Position numbers and translations under genes: made by a program. The notes beneath the pieces are model-generated. The model did no database searches, was not told the origin of the DNA, and saw nothing but the letters and a program-made list of their open reading frames with translations. Below, in pieces: positions 1 to 8,500 of a stretch of DNA of 64,000 nt (position 1 is its first letter; every line of letters begins with the position of its first letter). Origin of the DNA: an uncultured Actinomycetes bacterium (lineage in GTDB: Bacteria; Actinomycetota; UBA4738; HRBIN12); contig CAVTIC010000001.1 in the NCBI GenBank assembly GCA_963734685.1, positions 270,417-334,416 of the forward strand, read 5' to 3'.

Positions 1-1008
1 TCCACGGAGTTGGAGGGCACGATCGAAGCGATCGGGAACCGCACCGTCCACGCCTACCACGTCGAGGGTTCGGGCGGAGGCCACATCCCCGATGCGCTCG
101 GCCTCACGACCGTGCCCAACGTGATCTGCTCGTCGACCACGCCGACCGTGCCGTACGGATCCTCGACGGCGCTCGAGCAGCTCGACATGAAACTGATCGT
201 GCACGAGGGGAACGCGGACCTCCCCGACGACGTCGCCGCAGCGCGCGAGCTGGTGCACCCGGCCACGATGTCCGCCGAGGGCCCCCTGCACGAGCTCGGC
301 GCGATCCAGATCGTGAACTCGGACTCCCAAGGCATGGGCCGGATCGGAGAATCGCTCCGCCGCACGTTCCAGCTCGCCCACGCGATGAAGGCCTGGCGAG
401 CGACGGAAGCCGGCGCCGGTTGGGACGATCCGCCGCCCGCGACGCGGCTCCGTCCCGCCGCACCCCGGACCGACGAGGATCCCGACGACAACGAGCGGGT
501 GCTGCGCTACCTGGCCAAGGTGACGGTCGAGCCGGCGCGCGCGCACGGCATCCTCGACGAGGTCGGCACCCTCGCTCCGGGGCGGCTCGCCGACGTGGTG
601 TTGTGGGTTCCGACCCAGTTCGGCGTGAAGCCGATCATGGTGCTCAAGGCAGGGATCGTCGCCTGGAGCGCGGCCGGCGAGGGCAACGCCAGCGTCCACG
701 GCGCAGAGCCCACACGCTTCGGCCCCGACTGGGGGGGTCTGGGCCATGCCGCATCCCGCCTGGCCGTCACATTCGTCTCGCAGACCGCGGTCGATGCGGG
801 CATCGCTCGGACGCTCGGCACTCGGCGTCGGGTCGTGCCGGTCCGAGGCACGAGGGGACTGACGAGGGCCGACCTCGTCGCGAACACCGCGACGCCCGCC
901 GGGTTACAGGTGTCCGCCGAAGACGGCGCTGTCACGATCGACGGCCGGGCGCTGACGAGCGACCCTGTCCACGCCGTGCCGCTCTCACGGCGATACCTGC
1001 TCGCCTGA
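1..1008 (+). CDS. ureC: urease alpha subunit, C-terminal portion (5' end lies outside the window)
   Basis: The frame is open from nt 1. The translation has urease-alpha C-terminal blocks (…NSDSQGMGRIGE…, …VKPIMVLKAGIVAWSAAG…NASV…, VTFVSQ…) that line up with the urease active-site flap and C-terminus. Confidence 0.85.
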   Translation, partial: STELEGTIEAIGNRTVHAYHVEGSGGGHIPDALGLTTVPNVICSSTTPTVPYGSSTALEQLDMKLIVHEGNADLPDDVAAARELVHPATMSAEGPLHELGAIQIVNSDSQGMGRIGESLRRTFQLAHAMKAWRATEAGAGWDDPPPATRLRPAAPRTDEDPDDNERVLRYLAKVTVEPARAHGILDEVGTLAPGRLADVVLWVPTQFGVKPIMVLKAGIVAWSAAGEGNASVHGAEPTRFGPDWGGLGHAASRLAVTFVSQTAVDAGIARTLGTRRRVVPVRGTRGLTRADLVANTATPAGLQVSAEDGAVTIDGRALTSDPVHAVPLSRRYLLA

Positions 1009-1061
1009 CCCGATGTCCGAACGACCCGCCGGCGCCGCGATCGACCACGGCGCTCCGCTCG

Positions 1062-2108
1062 TCACCCAGGCTTGAGGTCGCGTGAGGGTCGCTCCCATAG
1101 GTTGACGCCGCCCTCCTCTGCGAAGCGGTCGATCCGCGCGAGCTCCTCCGTGGAGAATCCCAGCTGGTCCAACGCCGCGACATCGTCGCGGATCTGCTCG
1201 GGACGGCTCGCCCCGATCACCGCACTGGTCACCCTCGGGTCGCGCAGCACCCACGCAACCGCCATCTGGGCCAGGCTCTGACCGCGTTCGCGCGCGATCT
1301 CGTGCAGGCCCCGCACCCGCGCCAGGTTTTCGGGACTGAGATGCTCCTCGGTCAGCGTCTGGCCCCCCGGCCGATGCATGCGCGAATCCTCGGGGATCGC
1401 CTCGAGGTACTTGTCGGTGAGCAGGCCCTGTGCAAGCGGGGTGAAGACGATGCACCCCACGCCCTCCTCGCCGAGCACGCCGAGGAGCTCTTCCTCGATC
1501 CACCGGTTCAGCATGTTGTAGGAGGGCTGATGGATCAGGAGCGGGACTCGGTGCTCGCGGAGCAGGGCGATCGTCTCGCGGGTCTTTCTCGCCGAGTACG
1601 ACGAGATGCCCACGTACAGTGCCTTGCCGCGCTCGACGGCGGTGACGAGCGCCCCCGCTGTCTCGTCGAGCGGCGTGTCGGCGTCGAATCGGTGGGAGTA
1701 GAAGATGTCGACGTAGTCGAGGCCCAGCCGAGCCAGGCTCTGGTCGAGGCTCGCGAGGAGGTACTTCCGTGAACCGCCCCCCTGCCCCTACGGTCCCGGC
1801 CACATGTCCCATCCGGCCTTCGTCGAGACGACCAGTTCGTCACGGTGGGTTGCCAGATCCTCCCGCAGGATGCGACCGAAGTTGTCCTCCGCGCTGCCGT
1901 ACGGAGGGCCGTAGTTGTTGGCCAGATCGAAGTGCGTGATGCCGAGATCGAAGGCAGTGCGCACCATCGCCCGCTGCTGGTCGATCGGCGTCGCATCGCC
2001 GAAGTTGTGCCAGAGGCCGAACGACAGGGCCGGCAGGCGGAGGCCGCTGCGACCGCACGTACGGTAGGTCATCTTGTCGTACCGAGACGCGTTGGCGACA
2101 TAACCCAT
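1062..2108 (-). pseudogene. aldo/keto reductase (L-glyceraldehyde-3-phosphate reductase YghZ/Gpr-like), disrupted by an in-frame TAG plus a frameshift in a G7 homopolymer
   Basis: The N-terminal half (1788..2108: …CGRSGLRLPALSFGLWHNFGD…DLANNYGPPYGSAE…STKAGWDMWPGP*) and the C-terminal half (frame of 1062..1613: KYLLASLDQSLARLGLDYVDIFYSHRFD…GISSYS…) are both AKR-family but lie in different frames. The junction at ~1768-1792 reads ccg-TAG-gggcaggggggg. Confidence 0.7.
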
Positions 2109-2121
2109 GGCCGACCCGAGT

Positions 2122-2586
2122 CTATCCGGCGCCCTCAGCCGGAGTGAGCCGCTGCATGACCTCGGAGAGGGTCCGCAGGCCGGCCGCGCCGAGCGGACGC
2201 CCGACCTGCCGTCGGAGCGTCAGCGTCATGATGGCCGCGGCGTGTCTCGCCGAGGCCTCGCCGGACGAGGTGAGGACGATGTAGGTGATGCGCCGATCGG
2301 CCGCATCGGGCCGTCGTTCGACCAACCCTCCGCCCTCGAGGCGGTCGACGACCTTCGTGAACCCACCGCTCGAGAACGACACCTCCCGCGCCAACTCGGT
2401 GGTCGGCATGGCGTGCGTCGGGGCCCGCAGGAGCCGCATGAGCACCTCGGCGGTGGTCATCTCGAGCCCGACGCCGCGCTCGATCGCGTCAGCCACCAGT
2501 CCGTCAACCGCGGTCGTTGCCGCGCGAACCTCGTACCAGGTGTCGAGCAGCAGGTCCCGCGAGATCGGCTCCGAGGATCCACCCAT
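2122..2586 (-). CDS. MarR-family transcriptional regulator
   Basis: Winged-helix MarR signature (…TTAEVLMRLL…MPTTELAREVSFSSGGFTKVVDRLEGGGLVERRPDAADRRITYIVLTSSGE…). The internal ATG at 2586 has a GGAGA RBS. The longer track ORF extension looks non-coding. The gene is divergent from the dioxygenase. Confidence 0.75.
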   Translation of the reverse strand: MGGSSEPISRDLLLDTWYEVRAATTAVDGLVADAIERGVGLEMTTAEVLMRLLRAPTHAMPTTELAREVSFSSGGFTKVVDRLEGGGLVERRPDAADRRITYIVLTSSGEASARHAAAIMTLTLRRQVGRPLGAAGLRTLSEVMQRLTPAEGAG

Positions 2587-2695
2587 CGTTCCCGTCTCCT
2601 GCGGCGAGATTCCTCTTGTAAGCGAGATTCTTGCAGGGAAGATATCAACGTCGCCGTGGGTTGACCGACATGCCGGAACCCGAAGGAGTGCCACC

Positions 2696-3526
2696 ATGAC
2701 CACCGACATGAGCGCCGAGACGACCGCCACCTCCCACTGGAGCCCCGACCACGGCCCGATGCCCTCGTTGTACATGGGTCACGGCGCGCCGCCGCTTCTG
2801 GACGACACGCTCTGGACGTCGCAGCTGGCCGCGTGGGCGAAGGATCTGCCGCGCCCACGCTCTGTCCTGATCGTGTCGGCTCACTGGGAGTCGGCACCGC
2901 TCACGCTCGGAGCGACGGAGACGGGCGTGCCGCTCACCTACGACTTCTACGGTTTCCCGGAGCGCTACTACCGCATGACGTATCGCTCACCGGGAGCGCC
3001 GGATCTCGCCGCCAGGGTGAGGGCGCTGATGCCCGACACCGCGACCGTCGCCCAGCGCCACGACTACGGGCTCGACCACGGCGCCTACGTGCCCCTCATG
3101 GTGATGTACCCGGAGGCCGACGTCCCGGTGCTGCAGATGTCGATGCCCACGCTCGATCCTCAGCGACTGCTCGACCTCGGCCGCCGGCTCCGGCCCCTCC
3201 GGGACGAGGGCGTGCTGATCGTCGGCTCGGGGTTCCTGACCCACGGGTTGCCGTTCCTCACCGACTTCCGAGTCGACGCCACGCCGCCCGGCTGGTCCGT
3301 CGAGTTCGACGAGTGGGCGAAGGAGGCGCTCGGGCACGGCGACGTCGACGAACTGTTGGCCTTCCGCGATCGCGCGCCGGGCATGCCGTACGCTCACCCG
3401 ACCGTGGAGCATTTCGCCCCGTTGTTCGTCACATTGGGGGCGGCGAGCGAGCCCGAGGCCTCGCCGGAGACCGAGATCGAGGGGTACTTCCTCGGCCTGG
3501 CGAAGCGTTCGTTCCAGGTGGCCTGA
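2696..3526 (+). CDS. class III extradiol ring-cleavage dioxygenase subunit B (LigB/YgiD, 4,5-DOPA-dioxygenase-like)
   Basis: ~276 aa with the LigB-family pattern (…SAHWES…DHGAYVPL…VLIVGSGFLTHG…). Start chosen at the ATG at 2696 after a GGAG. The upstream part of the track ORF overlaps marR in antisense. Confidence 0.75.
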   Translation: MTTDMSAETTATSHWSPDHGPMPSLYMGHGAPPLLDDTLWTSQLAAWAKDLPRPRSVLIVSAHWESAPLTLGATETGVPLTYDFYGFPERYYRMTYRSPGAPDLAARVRALMPDTATVAQRHDYGLDHGAYVPLMVMYPEADVPVLQMSMPTLDPQRLLDLGRRLRPLRDEGVLIVGSGFLTHGLPFLTDFRVDATPPGWSVEFDEWAKEALGHGDVDELLAFRDRAPGMPYAHPTVEHFAPLFVTLGAASEPEASPETEIEGYFLGLAKRSFQVA

Positions 3527-3530
3527 CCCG

Positions 3531-4541
3531 CTAGGAAGCCGGACCGTCGGACGGATCGTCGGACGGATCGTCGGACGGATCTCTCGGCGGCTCGGATCCC
3601 GGGTCGCCGCCGAGCGGCTCGGTCGCCTCCGCGGACGGCGCGGTGTCCTCGACGGGGATCTGCTCGGCGGGCGGCACCGACGTGGGCACCGGCGCCGGCG
3701 GGATCGATGCCGTCGAGGCGCCGGCGGGAGGGGCGGGCGGGGGCGCGCCACCGGGAAGCCCCGCACCCGGTGGCATCGTCGGCGCGCCGGCCGACGAGCC
3801 GCGACGGCGACGCATCACGAGATACAGCACGAACAGCCCGGCGATCAGCACGAGGCCGATCGGGAGGAAGATCAGCGGGCTGTCGCCCGATCGCTCGCCC
3901 GAGGGATCGGCCGAAGCGCCGGTGCCCCCTGAGTCTCCGTCGGCGGCCGCCTCGGCGCCGTCTCCCGAGGCGGACGCCACCGCGGTCAGTTCCGTGCGCT
4001 CGCCGAACTTCGGCTCCCAGGTCACCGTGGTGCCGTCGACCTGTCCGTTGGTCTCGATGATCTCGCCCGGGAACGTGACCGCGATGCGCAACTCGGCGGT
4101 ATCGAAGGCCTCCGTGATCTGCCCCTCGAGAGGATTGCCCTGAAGTTCCCGGTCCGCGGTCGACAGGTCGAGCACACCGGTGACCTCGAACCGATCGCCT
4201 TCGCGGACGATCGACAGGGAATCGGGGTCGGAGCTCTGCTGCAGCTCCGCGAGGGGAACGCTGTCGAAGATGACTTTGGTGCCCACGAACGTGTCGTCCT
4301 CGTACGGCTCCTGCGTTGCGCCCTCGACATCGGAGGGCACTTGCGTCTGGCCGAGGAAGTCGTCGACGGTCTGACCCGAGAGTTCGAGCAGTTCCTTGTT
4401 CACGGCGAACACGAGCTCCCCGTCGACCGTGTCGTCGGATGAGACGGTGAGGGCCATGTCGAGCTTCAGGCAACCCGTGAGCAGGAGGGTGAGGACGGAC
4501 AGGATCGCGAGGCTGCGGCCCCAGGCTCGGGCGGTTCGCAT
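3531..4541 (-). CDS. lipoprotein with C-terminal TM helix and Pro/Ala/Asp-rich tail (LppM/DUF3153-like architecture)
   Basis: Signal peptide with lipobox LLTGC. GAAGGAG RBS 7 nt before the ATG at 4541. C-terminal hydrophobic helix, then a PAPPAG… tail ending in a DPSD x3 repeat. Confidence 0.6.
   Translation of the reverse strand: MRTARAWGRSLAILSVLTLLLTGCLKLDMALTVSSDDTVDGELVFAVNKELLELSGQTVDDFLGQTQVPSDVEGATQEPYEDDTFVGTKVIFDSVPLAELQQSSDPDSLSIVREGDRFEVTGVLDLSTADRELQGNPLEGQITEAFDTAELRIAVTFPGEIIETNGQVDGTTVTWEPKFGERTELTAVASASGDGAEAAADGDSGGTGASADPSGERSGDSPLIFLPIGLVLIAGLFVLYLVMRRRRGSSAGAPTMPPGAGLPGGAPPPAPPAGASTASIPPAPVPTSVPPAEQIPVEDTAPSAEATEPLGGDPGSEPPRDPSDDPSDDPSDGPAS
3546..3590. repeat. 12-bp tandem repeat x3 (encodes DPSD-DPSD-DPSD at the lipoprotein C-terminus)
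   Basis: …gtcggacggatc gtcggacggatc gtcggacggatc… read directly. Confidence 0.7.
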
Positions 4542-5051
4542 CGAACTGGCTCCTTCGCGTGTCTGGTCGGGGAGAGCCACCGACGATCCAAGGGACCGGC
4601 CGCCGTGGCGGGTCCGAGCCTACCCCGGGGCCATGGCCATCTCACGCATGCCGCCCGGCGCCGTGCCCGCGGGTAGACCCGCCGGCCGGTGCCGTGCGAC
4701 ACCCTGACGGTGGTCACGTCGACGTGCCGACGCTGCTCGACGGCGATCTCGATCTGGCCGAGGGCATCCGTTGCAGGGGCTGGCCGTCCGGGACGGATGG
4801 CGTTCCGCGCCTAGGCGGCGGCACCGCAGAGCCCTTCTCGCAGAGCCCTTCTCGCATCGGCCTCGGCCAGGTCCGGCCGCGACCGGGCGGCCTCGCGGCC
4901 TGGTTCGGGCGCTGAAAGGCCCCTCGGATGTGACTTTTTTCCCTTCTTCTCATCCCCTGCCCACCAGCGATCCTCGGCAGAACGTCGCACATCTGCGAAA
5001 CCGGAAGCGCGTGACGGCTCGGAACTCGGCCGCTAGGGTCGTGCGATCCGC

Positions 5052-5510
5052 ATGAGACGTGCGAAGACCTTCCTGATCGCCTTCCTCCTGGCTGCCGTGG
5101 TGATGGTGGCCGTACCCATGACCGCCGGTGCAGCCAAGGCCGCAAGCTCGAAAGAGTTGCGCCGCAAGCTCTTTTCCCTCACGAACAGCGCTCGTCGGAA
5201 CAACGGCATGCGACCCCTCGCGTTGAATTGGCGCCTGTCGAGCAACGCAGCGACACATTCCCGGCGCATGGCGGCCAGGGGCACCATCTTCCACTCCGCG
5301 AACCTCTACGAGCTCGTCCGTCCTTGGCATCCGTCAACGTGGGGCGAGAACGTCGGCATGGCGGGCACCGTCACACGCGTGCAAAGGCTGTTCATGCGCA
5401 GCGCGCCACACCGCGGGAACATCCTCCGCAGCGCCTACTCGCACGTCGGCATCGGCGTGGTCCGTGCCGGCGGTCGCATCTGGGCAACGGTGATCTTCTA
5501 CGGCGGCTGA
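5052..5510 (+). CDS. secreted CAP-domain (SCP/PR-1-like) protein
   Basis: N-terminal signal peptide. CAP-family motifs (HSRRMAARGTIFHS…, GENVGM…, HRGNIL…YSHVGIGV). Confidence 0.65.
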   Translation: MRRAKTFLIAFLLAAVVMVAVPMTAGAAKAASSKELRRKLFSLTNSARRNNGMRPLALNWRLSSNAATHSRRMAARGTIFHSANLYELVRPWHPSTWGENVGMAGTVTRVQRLFMRSAPHRGNILRSAYSHVGIGVVRAGGRIWATVIFYGG

Positions 5511-5554
5511 CCCGGCTCTTCGCGGGCCCGGGGCCGACGTTCGGCGTCCCGGCG

Positions 5555-8500
5555 CTAGCCGATCAACGCGCGGATCTGCCGCAGCGCCACAGTGAGCTGG
5601 GCGAGGTCGCCCATGCCGTCGACCGCCAGGCTCCGCATGAACCGCTGCAGCCGCGTGTAAGCGTCGTCACGGGATTCGAGGAATTTCTCGACCGCCTCAT
5701 CGATCGGCAGCCCCCCGCATTCGGCGAGCACCGCCTCCGCCAGGCTGCGACGCAGGGTGAAGAGATCGTCCTCCATCGACTGCAGGGCCCACCGCTGCCA
5801 CCGGCTGCCCCTCGGCATGTCCTCGACCTGGTGCTCGAGCCAGTCGAGCTCGAGCCGCTCGCCCAGCAGGAAGAACCCGCGGGCCACCTCGAGCACCGTG
5901 CGGCCGGTCGCGTGCGAGACCGCGATGATGTCGGGTCCGTGCACGAGTTCAGCCTGGAAGGCGTGCCGGCGGGCGATCTCGGCCGGGACGCCCTCGGCCT
6001 CGAGGCGCCGGACGGTGTGCTCATGCTCCTCCCGCCAGGCCTCGGGTCCGATCTGGTCGATCACGCCGGAGAGCTCGCGGAACGACTCGCGGGCGTCGTC
6101 GACGGCGTCCGCGAGCCGGCGCCCCGACGAGCGCACGAGGTACCACCGCGAGGTGGTCTCGACCAGCCAGTCGACCCCGCTCATGAGCTCGTTCTGGATG
6201 CCGGGATCGATCAGACCGTCGAGCGCCTCGACGTCGGACCAGCGCTCCACGGCGCCGGTCACGTCGCGCGCGATACGGAAGGCTCGCACCGCGTCGGCGG
6301 GGCTCGCCCCCGTCTCGGTGACCATGCGAGAGACGAACGTCACGCCCTGCGCATTCACCACGTCGTTCGAGATGATCGTCGCGATCAGCTCCCGGCGCAG
6401 CGGGTGCTCGTCGATCAGGTGCCCGAACCGCTCCACGATCTTGGCTGGGAAGTAGGCCCGCAGGTCCTGCGCGAGGTAAGGCGAGTCCGGGAGATCCGAC
6501 TCCACGAGGGCGGCGAAGATCGCCCGCTTCGCGTACGCGAGCAGCACGGCCAGCTCCGGTCGCACTAGCCCTTCACCGGCGGCGCGCCGTTCCACCATCT
6601 CGTCCCCTGACGGCAGGAACTCGACGTCGCGCTCGAGCTCGCCGTCGTCGCTCTCGAGCTGTTGCATCAGGTCCTCGTGAGCCTCGACCCGCTGCGTGCG
6701 CAGCTCCACCTCCTGGGAAAGGATCTGCGCCTGCTGGTAGTTGTCGTAGAGCACGTGAGCGACGATGTCGTCGGCGCACTCCTGCATCAGGACGTTGCGT
6801 TCGTCCATCGTGAGCTCGCCGCGCCTGATCGCGAGTCCGAGCAGGATCTTGATGTTCACCTCGTGGTCCGAGGTGTCCACACCGGCGGAGTTGTCGATGA
6901 AGTCGGTGTTGATACGACCCCCGGTGCGCGCGTACTCGATGCGCCCACGCTGGGTGAACCCGAGGTTGCCGCCCTCGCCCACGACCCGGGCGCGCACCTG
7001 ATCGCCGTTCACCCGCACGGGGTCGTTCGCGCGGTCCCCGACCTCGGTGTGTCCCTCGCGCGTGGCCTTCACGTAGGTGCCGATGCCGCCGTTCCACAGC
7101 AGGTCGACCGGTGCCTGCAGCGCATGACGGATCACCTCGGCGGGGGTCATCTCCTGGGGCACGTCGCCGCCGATGCCCAGCGAGTCGCGGGCCTCGGCGG
7201 ACAGGGTCACGCTCTTGGACGAGCGGTCGAGCACGGCGCCACCGGCCGACATCAGCGAACGGTCGTAGTCGTTCCACGTGGATCGCGGCGTGGTGAACAG
7301 TCGCTGCCGCTCCGCGAACGAGGCTGCCGGGTCGGGGTCGGGATCGATGAACACGTGCCGATGATCGAACGCGAAGACGAGCTTGATCTGCGCCGTGTAC
7401 AGCATGCCGTTGCCGAACACGTCGCCCGACATGTCCCCGATGCCGACGACTGTGAACGGCTGGGTCATCACGTCGACGCCGATCTCCCGGAAGTGCCGTT
7501 TCACCGATTCCCATGCCCCACGGGCCGTGATGCCGAGCGCCTTGTGGTCGTAGCCTTGGGATCCGCCGCTCGCGAACGCGTCACCGAGCCAGAATCCGTA
7601 CTCCTCGCTCACCGCGTTCGCCGTGTCGCTGAACGTCGCCGTGCCCTTGTCCGCGGCCACCACGAGGTAGGGATCCTCGGCGTCGTGGATGCGCACGTGC
7701 TGCGGGTGCACCGCGCTGCCGTCGACGAGGTTGTCGGTGATGTCGAGCATGCCTCGCATGAAGGTCACGTACTGCGATGACACCTCGGCACGGAGCTCGT
7801 CGGGATTGCTCGGCGTCCGCCGCAGGATGAACCCGCCCTTGGAGCCATCGGGCACGATCACGGCGTTCTTCACCTTCTGCGCCTTCATCAGGCCCAGCAC
7901 CTCGGTGCGGTAGTCCTCCTTCCGGTCCGACCAGCGGATGCCACCACGCGCGACCATGCCGCCTCGCAGATGGATCGCCTCCATGTGGGGCGAGTAGACG
8001 AAGATCTCGAAGAGCGGATTGGGCTTGGGCATCTCTGGCACCCGAGCCGATCGGAGCTTGAAGCTCAGTGAGGAGCGGCCGGGCACGTAGGCGTTCGTGC
8101 GAACCATCGCCTCGATCGTGCCGAGCAGGCTGCGCAGGATGTTGTCCTGGTCGAGGGAGGTCACCTCGCGAAGGTCGGCATGGATCGACTGTCGGATCTC
8201 GTCGATCTCGTCCTCACTCGCCCCACGTTCCGGATCGAACTTGGCCTCGAACATGCGCACGAGCCTCGCCGAGATGTGTGCGTGCTCGGCCATCGCATCG
8301 TTGCGGTACTCCTCGGTGTAGCGAGACGAGACGCGCATGCGGTACCTGCGCAACGCCCGAAGGATCTGCACCTGGCGCCAGTCGAGGTCGGTGAGCGTGA
8401 CGAGGCGGTTCAGCGAGTCGGACTCGGCCTCGCCGCGCCACACCGCTGCGATCGTCGCCGCGACGTTCTCGGACTCCCTGCCGAGATCGAGCACCGCGCC

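Noticed and set aside
1008-1062. Expectation of urease accessory genes (ureEFGD) downstream of ureC
   Set aside because: The next gene is a convergent AKR pseudogene, so no accessory genes lie in this window. They must lie elsewhere or upstream.
2285-2695. N-terminal 137-aa extension of the dioxygenase track ORF
   Set aside because: It overlaps marR on the opposite strand and is Ser/Arg-rich. The homologous region begins at the ATG at 2696 with an RBS.
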